Below are positions 52,653-61,094 of a stretch of 64,000 bases of DNA, piece by piece. Numbering within the stretch: position 1 is the stretch's first letter; each line of letters opens with the position of its first letter. Under the pieces are notes generated by a model. The model was given only the letters and a program-made list of their open reading frames with translations, was not told where the DNA came from and searched no databases. The position numbers and the translations under genes were made by a program. This stretch comes from an uncultured Kiritimatiellota bacterium (GTDB taxonomy: Bacteria; Verrucomicrobiota; Kiritimatiellia; RFP12; UBA1067): positions 5,471 through 69,470 of the forward strand of contig CAKURH010000002.1 in NCBI GenBank assembly GCA_934675625.1, read 5' to 3'.

Positions 52653-53793
52653 CAAATGCGCGCTTCTTGTCGCGGTAGGAATGGATGCCGACTGAAAGGA
52701 TCGTTCCTACCGCGAAGAACGCGCTCAGGAGGTTCGTGCCGCCGTAGCTGAAGAACGGCAGGGCCATGCCCTTCGTCGGCAGCGCCTTGCAGACGACGCC
52801 GAGGTTGAACATCGCCTGGAAGAAGATGATGAACGCCATGCCGACGACGAGGAAGCGTCCGAACCGGTCGGACGCCTTGCGGGCGATGTAGACCGAGAGC
52901 GCGAAGAACGCGCAGAAGAGCAGCACGACCGCCACGGAGAAGACGACGCCCAGCTCCTCCGCGCCGACGGCGAAGACGAAGTCCGTATGCGCCTCCGGCA
53001 GATAGAGGTACTTCTGCATCGACTCGCCGAGCCCCGCGCCCCAGATCTGGCTGTTGCCGATCGCCGCGAGCGCCTGGTTCGCCTGATACGCCGCGCGCTT
53101 GGCCGCCGCGTCCATCACCGGCGCGCCGGCCGAGTCGGACGAGCCGCCGAAGAACGCCGCGAGCCGCGCCATGCGGTTCGCGTTCGTCGCGACCTTGAAG
53201 GCGACGACGCCCACGCCCATCAGGCCGATGGGGAACAGGTAGCGGAGGCGCGTCCCGGCGACGAACATCATGAGCAGGCCCGCGAACCCGACCACCATGA
53301 CCGAGCCGAAGTCCGGCTCCAGCAGGATCGGCACGGCCAGTCCGCCGATGAAGACGACCGGCCAGAACGCCCCCTTCCAGAAGAGCTCGACCTTCCAGCC
53401 GAGCCTGTCCAGCCACGCCGCGAGGAGGATGACGACCGAGAGCTTCGCGAACTCGCTCGGCTGCAGGCGGAGCGGCCCGACGGAGATCCAGCGGTGCGAG
53501 CCGTTGATCGCCTTGAAGCCGAACACGGCGACGAGCAGCACGATTACCGCGACGTAGAACAGCCACGCGAGCGAGATGTGGTCGCGCCAGCGCCGGTAGT
53601 CGAAGAGCGCGACGCCCACGGCGAGCACGATGCCGACGCCGAGGTAGGCGAACTGGCGCTTGATGAAGAAGTAGGCGTCCCCGTGATGGAGACGCATCGC
53701 GTTCGCCGCGCTCGCGCTCGACAAAACGATGAGGCCCAGCGCCACGAGACACGTGACAACCAGGCCCAACCAGAAAAGTGCGGACTTGCGCAC
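52630..53793 (-). CDS. ftsW: FtsW/RodA/SpoVE-family peptidoglycan glycosyltransferase (FtsW by context)
   Basis: 387 aa, GTG start, 10 TM helices. Signature LPEAHTDFVFA, and FFSYGGTNLL at the C-terminus. Confidence 0.85.
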   Translation of the reverse strand: MRKSALFWLGLVVTCLVALGLIVLSSASAANAMRLHHGDAYFFIKRQFAYLGVGIVLAVGVALFDYRRWRDHISLAWLFYVAVIVLLVAVFGFKAINGSHRWISVGPLRLQPSEFAKLSVVILLAAWLDRLGWKVELFWKGAFWPVVFIGGLAVPILLEPDFGSVMVVGFAGLLMMFVAGTRLRYLFPIGLMGVGVVAFKVATNANRMARLAAFFGGSSDSAGAPVMDAAAKRAAYQANQALAAIGNSQIWGAGLGESMQKYLYLPEAHTDFVFAVGAEELGVVFSVAVVLLFCAFFALSVYIARKASDRFGRFLVVGMAFIIFFQAMFNLGVVCKALPTKGMALPFFSYGGTNLLSAFFAVGTILSVGIHSYRDKKRAFVSKVVLR

Positions 53794-53799
53794 GAACGG

Positions 53800-54837
53800 T
53801 TACTGCTGCGCTTCGGCCGGAAGCTTGATCGTCTGCCCGGCCTTGAGCGTGTCGCTCTCGCCGAGGTTGTTGAGCTCGCGAATCTCGGACGCGCTCACGC
53901 CAAACTTGACGACGATCGCCGTGATGTCCTCGCCCTCCTGAACCGTGTAGGCAAATGTCGCAGGCGCGGCCGTCGCCGCCGCTTCAGCCGCCGGGGCCTC
54001 CGTCGCCGGAGCCGTCGTCTCGGCCGTCGGGGTCGCCGCCTCGGGGACCGCCGGCTGCGCCGGTTCGGTCGTCGGCGTCTGCGCGACGGCCTTCGGCTCC
54101 GCCGTCTTCGTCGCCTTCGCGGGCGTCGTCGCCGACTGCTTCGCGGGCGCCGCCTTCGCGACCGCCTTCTCCGCCGGGATCTTCAGCTTCTGGCCGACCT
54201 TCAGCGTGTCGCTCGTCAGTCCGTTCATCGCCTTGAGCTGGCGGATGTTGATGCCGTTGCCGTAGGCGATTGCGCCCAGCGTGTCACCGCTCTTGACGAC
54301 GTACTCCTTCGTCGCGCCCGCGTAGGGAGCCGACGACGCGGCCTTCGCGTTCGTCGCCGTCGCCTTGCGGACGACCGGCGCCTTCTGCTCGCCGACGTCA
54401 ATGCGGCCGGGCAGCTTCAGCTTCTGGCCGACGCGGATCAGGTCGGACTTGAGGCCGTTCAGCTGCTTGATCGACTGAATCGTCACGTTGTACTTCTTCG
54501 AGATCTTCGCGAGGTAGTCGCCGTTCTGGACGACGTAGATCGTGTACTCCGGCTCGACCGGCTTCACCTGCACGGGCTTCGGCGTCACGACGCACTGGCA
54601 GTCGGCCGCCCCGCACGAGCAGGGGCTCGTGTGCCGCGTTCCGGGCGGGCACGCGCAACGCGGCGCCTCGACGGGCCGAACCTCCTGCGGCGGAGGCGGC
54701 GGGGGCGTCGTCTCGACGGGTTCGGCGTTCTTCACCTCGTTCTGAGACGGCGTGTGCGCACGCTTGAAATCAGGATCCTTACAACCGGCGACGACCGCGA
54801 CGGCAGCCGCACCGAGCACCATTCCGAGCTTCTTCAT
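53800..54837 (-). CDS. lipoprotein with three LysM domains and a Cys-rich linker
   Basis: Signal/lipobox MKKLGMVLGAAAVAVVAGC. Cys cluster CACPPGTRHTSPCSCGAADCQC. Three LysM repeats (YVVQNGDYLAKISKKYNVTIQSIKQLNGL..., YVVKSGDTLGAIAYGNGINIRQLKAMNGL..., YTVQEGEDITAIVVKFGVSASEIRELNNL...). Confidence 0.8.
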   Translation of the reverse strand: MKKLGMVLGAAAVAVVAGCKDPDFKRAHTPSQNEVKNAEPVETTPPPPPPQEVRPVEAPRCACPPGTRHTSPCSCGAADCQCVVTPKPVQVKPVEPEYTIYVVQNGDYLAKISKKYNVTIQSIKQLNGLKSDLIRVGQKLKLPGRIDVGEQKAPVVRKATATNAKAASSAPYAGATKEYVVKSGDTLGAIAYGNGINIRQLKAMNGLTSDTLKVGQKLKIPAEKAVAKAAPAKQSATTPAKATKTAEPKAVAQTPTTEPAQPAVPEAATPTAETTAPATEAPAAEAAATAAPATFAYTVQEGEDITAIVVKFGVSASEIRELNNLGESDTLKAGQTIKLPAEAQQ

Positions 54838-55932
54838 TTATTCTGTCTTTCCTTTTTGGACGAGTCGCGCGAAGACTTCCCCGCGCTCCCCGAAACTTTT
54901 AAACTGGTCAAAACTCGCGGTTCCGGGGGACAGCAGAACCGTCTCGCCCTTCTCCGCCTCGCACATCGCCCGCGCGACCGCCCGTTCCAGCGTCCCGCAG
55001 ATCTCGCAATCCACAGACGCCGCCCAGGCCGCCGAAAAGGCTTCTGCACAATGGCCGATAAGATACACTTTTTTGACCCGCTCTGTCAAGGTGGGTCGGG
55101 CGATTTTCGGATCGTCGCCCTTGGGGAGCCCGCCCGCGATCAAACGGACGCGCCCCGCGCACATTTTCACGCCCGCGACAAGCGCGGCGACGGACGTCGC
55201 CTTCGAGTCGTCGACGTAGGTGACGCCGTCCATTTCCGCGACCGTCTGGAAGCGATGCGGCAGCGGCTCGAATGACTGGAACGCACGGCGGATCTGCGCG
55301 TCGTCCAGCCCCGCCGCGCGCATCAGCCCAATCGCCGCGATGCCGTTCGCGCGCAGGATCTCGTTGTCAAAGTACGATCCCGCCAGCAGTTCCTGCCGAC
55401 ACCGGGCATGCAAGCCGCACGCCGCCGACGTCGGCTCCACACGTTGGCACGCGAACCCCAGCAGCTTGCGCTTGAGCCCGTGATAGACCGCGACGGAGCC
55501 GTGGCGGTCGAGGTGGTCTTCCTGCAAGTTGAGGACAGCCGCCGCCACGAACGTGTCCGGCGCGAGCGTCGTCGTCTCCAGCTGGAAGGACGAGACCTCG
55601 ACGACCGCCCAGCCCGGCGGCTCGCCGAGGAGGTCGCAGACGGGCCGCCCGTAGTTGCCGCAGGGGACGGCGCGTCCGTCCGTGAGGTTGATCGCGTCCG
55701 CGACCAGCTTGACGACGCTCGACTTGCCCTTCGAGCCGGTCACGGCAAGCAGCTGCCAGCCGCGCCGCTTCAATTCCTCGCAGCCGAGCTGCAGTTCGCT
55801 CTTGACGGGCACGCCCGGACTTGTGACAACGAGATCGTAGCCCTCGGCAAAATCGACGGCATAGCCGCGGCGGCGAAGCTCCGCCGCCGCCGCCGTGCCG
55901 CTCTTGCCCTTGCCGAGGACGAGCGCCTTCAC
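54838..55932 (-). CDS. murD: UDP-N-acetylmuramoylalanine--D-glutamate ligase
   Basis: 364 aa, GTG start abutting the upstream stop. VTGSKGKSS (P-loop), YVDDSKATS, SPGTASFDQFKSFGERG. Confidence 0.85.
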   Translation of the reverse strand: MKALVLGKGKSGTAAAAELRRRGYAVDFAEGYDLVVTSPGVPVKSELQLGCEELKRRGWQLLAVTGSKGKSSVVKLVADAINLTDGRAVPCGNYGRPVCDLLGEPPGWAVVEVSSFQLETTTLAPDTFVAAAVLNLQEDHLDRHGSVAVYHGLKRKLLGFACQRVEPTSAACGLHARCRQELLAGSYFDNEILRANGIAAIGLMRAAGLDDAQIRRAFQSFEPLPHRFQTVAEMDGVTYVDDSKATSVAALVAGVKMCAGRVRLIAGGLPKGDDPKIARPTLTERVKKVYLIGHCAEAFSAAWAASVDCEICGTLERAVARAMCEAEKGETVLLSPGTASFDQFKSFGERGEVFARLVQKGKTE

Positions 55933-57312
55933 TTACTTCGCCTCGCGCACGATGTCGCGCCCCTCGTAGGCCGGCGGCACGTAGCCGTGCTCCGAGCCCT
56001 GCACCCAGACGACCTTCTTGTTGCCGGGAATGTTGTTCCAGAGCTTCGCGAGCCCCATCGGAGGACAGCAGTAGTCGCCGAGGCCCGCGCGCGTGATGAT
56101 CGTCAGGCACGTCGCCGGAATCCGCTTCGCGAAGTTCGCCGCATCGTAGTAGCCCATCGCCTCCGTCCACGGAATGTACCAGCCATCGCTCGAAAGATTG
56201 AGCGACTTGTCCTTGCGGAGCTTGCCCGACGTGTACATGTCGCAGCACCAGGTGATGCCGCTCTCGGCGCGCGTCACGCCCTCGCCGCACCCGGCCGCCC
56301 AGATCGTCTGGAGCCCGCCCTGGCTGCCGCCGGACGCGATGAGGTCGCGGCCGTTCCAGCCCTCGACCGTCTTCAGGTACTGGAGCGCGCGCTTCACGCG
56401 CAGCACCATGCCGTTGAAGTAGGCGACCTCGGGGTCCTCGTTCTGCTTCGCGTCGAAGGCGTAGGAGCAGTCATGCGAGCGGATCTCCCAGCGCAGCGCC
56501 TTCGTGTCCGCATTCGTCGCGCCGAACGCGGGGAGCTTCAGCCCGTGCGCGTTGATGTTGAGCACGATCTCGTGGTCGCGCGCCCAGCCCGGCGCCTCGT
56601 GCGTGCAGCGGTCGCCGCTGTAACCGTGCGTCTCCAGCCGCGCCGGGAACGTCTTCCCCTCGGCGACGGCCGTTGGAACCGAGAGGTAGCCCGTAACCGG
56701 ACGAAGCCCCGCGCAGCGGATCTCGATCGCGTAGATCTTCGCCCGCTTGTTCGCGCAGGGAATCTCGATGCGCTCGGCCTTCAGCGGCACGCGGTCGAGG
56801 CGCTTGTACTGCCCGTCCCAGAAGGCGTCGAAGTCCGTCGGCTCCGGATGCGTCGCGAGCGTCTCGATGTCCGCGCCCGCGCCGCCGTCGAAGAAGACCT
56901 CCTTCTTCGCGCGCTCGAAGGCGTTCATCGCCTTCTTGCCCTCCGGCGTGTTGGGGTCGCCCGTGAACTGCTTGCGGTAGCGCTTGCCGGCCTTGTCGAC
57001 GACCGCCGCGTAGAGGCGCACGAAGCCGGGCTTGTCGATCTTCGTCGCGTAGGTGAACGGCGTCTTCCCGTCAAAGGGCGCCTTGCCCTGGTCAACCACG
57101 CCGTCGTCGCCCGTCCGCCGCCAGTCGAGGAACCACTCGCCCGCCGCGAGTTCCCCGACGTCCTGCGGCGTCAGCGTGAACGTCATCGTCTCGCCGGCCT
57201 TGTAGTCGATCGGCGTCTTGTCCGTCGTGCCCTTGATCCAGGCCGTGTCGAGCGGCCCTGCGAAAACCTGCGCCGCCACGAGCGCAGCCAACGAGAGAAT
57301 CAGTCGTTTCAT
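55933..57312 (-). CDS. secreted acetylxylan esterase / cephalosporin-C deacetylase-like (CE7/AXE1) family protein
   Basis: 459 aa. Signal peptide MKRLILSLAALVAAQVFA. HGYSGD. Nucleophile elbow GGSQGG. C-terminal GDYCCPP...SEHGY. Confidence 0.75.
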   Translation of the reverse strand: MKRLILSLAALVAAQVFAGPLDTAWIKGTTDKTPIDYKAGETMTFTLTPQDVGELAAGEWFLDWRRTGDDGVVDQGKAPFDGKTPFTYATKIDKPGFVRLYAAVVDKAGKRYRKQFTGDPNTPEGKKAMNAFERAKKEVFFDGGAGADIETLATHPEPTDFDAFWDGQYKRLDRVPLKAERIEIPCANKRAKIYAIEIRCAGLRPVTGYLSVPTAVAEGKTFPARLETHGYSGDRCTHEAPGWARDHEIVLNINAHGLKLPAFGATNADTKALRWEIRSHDCSYAFDAKQNEDPEVAYFNGMVLRVKRALQYLKTVEGWNGRDLIASGGSQGGLQTIWAAGCGEGVTRAESGITWCCDMYTSGKLRKDKSLNLSSDGWYIPWTEAMGYYDAANFAKRIPATCLTIITRAGLGDYCCPPMGLAKLWNNIPGNKKVVWVQGSEHGYVPPAYEGRDIVREAK

Positions 57313-57355
57313 GTTTTCCTTGTTATCGTGATTTGATGATTTTCAGATGCCGAAT

Positions 57356-57364
57356 AGTATAGCA
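57356..57364 (-). promoter_or_regulatory. extended -10 promoter TGCTATACT for the esterase-murD-LysM-ftsW operon
   Basis: Reverse complement is TGCTATACT. A leader of about 37 nt with AAGGAAAAC precedes the ATG at 57312. Confidence 0.55.
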
Positions 57365-57436
57365 CAGTCCGCCCCGTCTCCGCAATCGCCACGCCCCGTT
57401 CTCTGCGCGGCAGTCTGCTTTTCTAACGACGACTTA

Positions 57437-57445
57437 TGCTATAAT
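57437..57445 (+). promoter_or_regulatory. extended -10 promoter TGCTATAAT, leaderless MFS gene
   Basis: TGCTATAAT followed by 6 nt (ACGCCC), then the ATG at 57452. Confidence 0.6.
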
Positions 57446-57451
57446 ACGCCC

Positions 57452-58708
57452 ATGAAGAAACTCGACTACAAGTGGACGGCGCTCGCTTTGCTGTGGGTTG
57501 CCTTTTTCCTCCAGCAGGGCACGCGTCAGCTCTTCGGGCCGTCCGTGCCGGCGATCTGCGGCTCGCTCGGCATCGACAAGGTGGCGATCGGCGTCGTCGG
57601 CACGGTCTTCGCGATGACCTACGGCATCTGCGTGCCGTTCGCGGGGCTGACGGCCGACCTCCTGAGCCGCAAGTGGATGGTGACGGTTGGCGTGGCCGTC
57701 TTCTGCCTCGGCATCTTCCTCTCGGGCTTCGTCGCCTCGGTGGGGCTCTTGATCGTTACGTACGGCGTCCTGAATGGACTCGGCCAGACGTTCTACTACC
57801 CGTCGGCGAGTTCGCTCATTTCGCAGCTCCACAGGGACTCGCGCGCGACGGCGATGTCGATTCTCCAGCTCGGGCTCTACATCGGCATCGTCGGCTGCGG
57901 CGGGCTCGCGGGCTTCCTCGCGGGCAAGGGCGGCGACCACTGGCGGCTGCCGTTCTGGATCTTCGGCGGCCTCGGCCTCGCGTGGGCCGTCGCGCTCGCG
58001 CTCTTCCTGCGCAACACGCAGCCCGCGACCGCCCCGACGGCCCAAGCCGCTCAAGCAACCTCCAAGCCCCGCATCCGCGAGGCGTGCGCAGCCGTCTTCG
58101 CGAAGCCGACGGCGCTCTGCGTCGCGTTGGGCTTGGCGATGATGATCTATGTGGACATCGGCTTCAAGAACTGGATGCCGTCGCACCTGCAGGGCTCGTT
58201 CCTCGACAGCTGCCCATTCCTGAAGCAGTGGGCGGGGCTTCACGCCGTCCTCTGGCACTACCTCGGCGCGATTCTCGGCATCCTGGCCGGCAGCCGCTTC
58301 GGCGACCGGGTGGTGAAGGGGCGGCCCGGCATCCGCCTCGAACTCGGCATGGTCGGGCTGGGGCTCGCGATTCCGTTCATCGTCTGGATGGCGCTGACGC
58401 CGTCGTTTGTCCTCTGCTGCGTCGCGATGTTCGGCTTCGGCGTCTTTCGCGGCGTCTACGACTCGAACTTCATGGCGTCGTTCTTCGACGTCGTGAACCC
58501 GCGCTACCACGCTTCGGGCGTCGGCATCATGATGTGCATCGCGTTCCTCTTCGGCTCGCTGTCCTCGACGGTGCTGCCGTGGATCGCGAAGGCCCTCGGC
58601 GGCAACATGTCGTATTCGATGGCGTCGCTCGCGGGCTTCTACCTCGTCGGTGCGCTGATCCTCCTCGTGGCGCGCACGGCGTTCCTGAAGCGCGACCTCG
58701 TGTCCTGA
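57452..58708 (+). CDS. MFS transporter
   Basis: 418 aa from MKKLDYKWTALALLWVAFFLQQG. 12 TM helices. Loop 2-3 motif GLTADLLSRKW. Confidence 0.85.
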   Translation: MKKLDYKWTALALLWVAFFLQQGTRQLFGPSVPAICGSLGIDKVAIGVVGTVFAMTYGICVPFAGLTADLLSRKWMVTVGVAVFCLGIFLSGFVASVGLLIVTYGVLNGLGQTFYYPSASSLISQLHRDSRATAMSILQLGLYIGIVGCGGLAGFLAGKGGDHWRLPFWIFGGLGLAWAVALALFLRNTQPATAPTAQAAQATSKPRIREACAAVFAKPTALCVALGLAMMIYVDIGFKNWMPSHLQGSFLDSCPFLKQWAGLHAVLWHYLGAILGILAGSRFGDRVVKGRPGIRLELGMVGLGLAIPFIVWMALTPSFVLCCVAMFGFGVFRGVYDSNFMASFFDVVNPRYHASGVGIMMCIAFLFGSLSSTVLPWIAKALGGNMSYSMASLAGFYLVGALILLVARTAFLKRDLVS

Positions 58709-58799
58709 CCTGAACGAACGGCTTCGCGCCTTGTTCTCAATCTCCTCGCCCCCTTACATGCACGCGCGGCAACGGCCTTTGCACTTGTGCGAAAATGTA

Positions 58800-58808
58800 T
58801 GCTATAAT
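58800..58808 (+). promoter_or_regulatory. extended -10 promoter TGCTATAAT (with TTGCAC -35) for the TRL-like lipoprotein gene
   Basis: TTGCAC-18-TATAAT. The upstream context GAAAATGTATGCTATAAT resembles the mscS promoter. It predicts a 5' UTR of about 105 nt. Confidence 0.55.
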
Positions 58809-58917
58809 ACAGGCGCTTGGCGGGCTTGACGATCGGCGCCAGAACACTGCGACGGGTGTCGCGCGTCTGCGCGTTCGACGGACGGCCTCCGAGAAAAACA
58901 AAAGGAGAATAAATCAA

Positions 58918-59232
58918 ATGAAGAAACTCATGGCGGTTGCCGTTCTGGCGGCGTGCGCTTCCGGTTGCGTGATGACTCGCGACAGCAAGATCTGCTCGGC
59001 GCTCACGCTCGACGTGAAGAGCCCCGACACTCGCTTCATCGACAACAGCGTCAAGCCGGAGAAGATGGGCGTCGCGAAGGCGTCGGGCATCATCTGCTTC
59101 TGCGAGGGCGATGCGTCGATCAAGGCCGCGATGGAGAATGGCGGCATCAAGAAGATCCACCACGTCGACTACAAGGTCAAGAACATCCTCGGCATTGTCG
59201 CGGACTTCACGACGATCGTCTACGGCGAATAA
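58918..59232 (+). CDS. TRL-like small lipoprotein
   Basis: 104 aa. MKKLMAVAVLAACASGCV (lipobox). C-terminal pattern GVAKASGIICFCEGDASIKAAMENGGIKKIHHVDYKVKNILGIVADFTTIVYGE matches my memory of the TRL family. AAAGGAG lies 9 nt upstream. Confidence 0.65.
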   Translation: MKKLMAVAVLAACASGCVMTRDSKICSALTLDVKSPDTRFIDNSVKPEKMGVAKASGIICFCEGDASIKAAMENGGIKKIHHVDYKVKNILGIVADFTTIVYGE

Positions 59233-59254
59233 GAGAAGCGCGCACAGCGCCAAT

Positions 59255-59974
59255 CTATGCGGGCCGCAGCGGAACAGACCCCGCTGCGGCCCGCCCGCCT
59301 TTTTCACCGAGCCCTCGCGGCGCGGACGCCAATTGCGCGCGGATCGCGTCCGTCAGCCGCACGGCGGCGGCATGCGGCGAGCCGTGCGCGACCGGCGGCG
59401 GAATCGGCGCGGACATCCGAAACGAGAAGACGACGCGCCGCGATCCCATGTCCCACGGACGCTGCCCCTTCGCGAGAATCCGCCGCGTCAGCGTCTCGCG
59501 GATGCAGACGACCGGCGCGCCCGCACGGATCGCGAGCTGGGCCGCGCCGCGCCGGAGCGGATGCTGCCCCCCGCCCTGCGGCGAGCGCGTCCCCTCGGGG
59601 AAGACCAGCACGTTCCATCCCGCCCGCAGGTACGGCGCGGCGGTCTCCGGCAGGCGCGCGTCGTCCGGCAGCGCGGTCGCGCGGACGATCGCCGTCAGGA
59701 ACGGGTTGCCCCTGAGCGCGTGCTTGGCGACGTAGAGCGTGCGCGGCAGGAGCGAGACGATCAGCACCACGTCGATGAGCGTCGGATGGTTCGCGACGAT
59801 GACCGCGCCGCGCACGGCCTTCGCGGCGGCCCGGTCGGCGACGTCGAAGACGAGGTCGGTTCCGCCCGAACGGACGGAATGCGTGACGACCTCGAACCCG
59901 TCAGCGACAAGGGCCGCGGCAATCGACTTCCCGATGCCGCGGCTCGAACCGGTTACGATGACTTTCCGGCTCAC
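59255..59974 (-). CDS. chimeric ORF: N-terminal fragment of an SDR (FabG-like) fused to a lysophospholipid acyltransferase (PlsC/LPLAT) domain
   Basis: The first 55 aa or so, (M)SRKVIVTGSSRGIGKSIAAALVADGFEVV, are a Rossmann TGxxxGIG motif. The sequence then runs directly into IVANHPTLIDVV (HX4D) and VFPEGTR (LPLAT blocks I and III). GTG start. The C-terminal tail is encoded by the terminator hairpin. Confidence 0.6.
   Translation of the reverse strand: MSRKVIVTGSSRGIGKSIAAALVADGFEVVTHSVRSGGTDLVFDVADRAAAKAVRGAVIVANHPTLIDVVLIVSLLPRTLYVAKHALRGNPFLTAIVRATALPDDARLPETAAPYLRAGWNVLVFPEGTRSPQGGGQHPLRRGAAQLAIRAGAPVVCIRETLTRRILAKGQRPWDMGSRRVVFSFRMSAPIPPPVAHGSPHAAAVRLTDAIRAQLASAPRGLGEKGGRAAAGSVPLRPA
59261..59304 (+). 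terminator. intrinsic terminator after the TRL-like gene (shared with the convergent gene)
   Basis: GGGCCGCAGCGG-aacagacc-CCGCTGCGGCCC is a perfect 12-bp stem, followed by GCCCGCCTTTTT. Confidence 0.75.
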
Positions 59975-60031
59975 GGAACTTACTTCTTGGATTTGCGTTG
60001 TGTGTTGACTTGGTGAACCAAAACTGCGGTA

Positions 60032-60040
60032 ATTATACCA
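60032..60040 (-). promoter_or_regulatory. extended -10 promoter TGGTATAAT
   Basis: Reverse complement is TGGTATAAT, about 57 nt upstream of the GTG at 59974. Confidence 0.5.
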
Positions 60041-60045
60041 AATTT

Positions 60046-60528
60046 TCAGAGCGTCGCGGCGAGGGACGCCAGCGACGTGCCGTCGCCGGGCTGGAACGCC
60101 GTCAGCGTCCCGGCGGCGACGACCGCACCGGCGGCGTCGCGGATCGTGCAGTCGAAGGAGCCGAACTCCTCGTCCTGAAACGTGCAGACCGCGCGCACCC
60201 GGTAGCGTTCGCCCGCCCGGAACGCCGCGACCTTCACGTCCAGCCGCCGCGAGCCGAGCACGAAGCCGACCTGCGGCGCCAGCCCCTTCCGACGGCGCAG
60301 AAGCCCCACGCAGAGCGCCATCGTCTGCGCCATGTACTCCAGCGCGACGCAGGACGGCACGCCGCCCAGCGCCGTCTCGAAGAACGGCGCCTGCGGCGTC
60401 ACGTCGACAAACGCCTCGACGGCGTTCTCCTCCGTCGGCGGCCCATACCCCGACAGCAGCACCATCGGCGCGGCCTGCGGTAGCAGGTCGGCCAGCGACA
60501 CCCGGCCCTCATTCGCCCTCTCGCTCAT
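60046..60528 (-). CDS. hotdog-fold thioester dehydratase-like protein (ApeP/FabZ-like)
   Basis: 160 aa. Central VALEYMAQTMALCVG helix followed by beta-rich FVLGSRRLDVKV...YRVRAVCTFQDEE...FDCTI. Assignment is by fold-like pattern only. Confidence 0.55.
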   Translation of the reverse strand: MSERANEGRVSLADLLPQAAPMVLLSGYGPPTEENAVEAFVDVTPQAPFFETALGGVPSCVALEYMAQTMALCVGLLRRRKGLAPQVGFVLGSRRLDVKVAAFRAGERYRVRAVCTFQDEEFGSFDCTIRDAAGAVVAAGTLTAFQPGDGTSLASLAATL

Positions 60529-60548
60529 GCTCTCGTGCGCGCACCCGC

Positions 60549-60583
60549 AAAAACAGGCGCGGGCTCAGGGAAGCCCGCGCCTG
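60549..60583 (-). terminator. intrinsic terminator after the HU gene
   Basis: Minus-strand read: CAGGCGCGGGCT-TCCCTG-AGCCCGCGCCTG, a perfect 12-bp stem followed by TTTTT. Confidence 0.8.
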
Positions 60584-60624
60584 TCCAGCGACGCGCATCT
60601 GCGCGTTCGCGCGCTTGCGGCGAC

Positions 60625-60936
60625 TTACTTCTTCGGCGGAACGAGCGCGTCCTTCGCCGCCTTGGCGAGACGGAACTTCGCGACCTTGCACGCGGGTTTC
60701 TTCTTCTCCTCGCCCGTCTGCGGATTGCGAACCATGCGCGCGCCCTGCTTCTTGATCAGGAGCTTGCCGAGGCCCGGGATGACCCAGCCCTTCTCGTTCT
60801 GGCGGGCGCCCTCGTACGCGAGCTCGATGAGCTTCTCGTAAACGGCGACGGCCTGCTTCTTGCTGATTTCGCCGGCGTCGGCGAGGGCCTGCATGATGCC
60901 GCTCTTCGTGGTCGGGACGGGTTGTTTCTTAGCCAT
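60625..60936 (-). CDS. hup: HU/IHF-family DNA-binding protein with Lys-rich C-terminal extension
   Basis: 103 aa from MAKKQPVPTTKSGIMQALA. Arm motif GARMVRNPQTGEE. Confidence 0.85.
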   Translation of the reverse strand: MAKKQPVPTTKSGIMQALADAGEISKKQAVAVYEKLIELAYEGARQNEKGWVIPGLGKLLIKKQGARMVRNPQTGEEKKKPACKVAKFRLAKAAKDALVPPKK

Positions 60937-61003
60937 GTTTTCTTGATCCTTTTTTGAGTCAGTACTGACGCACGCAGGAACCGTTCCCACGTGTCCAGTG
61001 CGT

Positions 61004-61032
61004 AATATATCAATATTTTCGGGGGTGCGCAA
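61004..61032 (-). promoter_or_regulatory. candidate sigma70 promoter TTGCGC-17-TATATT for the HU gene
   Basis: Reverse complement gives TTGCGC (61032-61027), a 17-nt spacer, and TATATT (61009-61004). The predicted 5' UTR contains the 12-bp palindrome GTCAGTACTGAC (60958-60969). Confidence 0.4.
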
Positions 61033-61094
61033 GGGGGCGGACGAAAAAAGTCCAATAAAGACAACGGTCGGCGCACCAAGCGGCGCACGGGATT

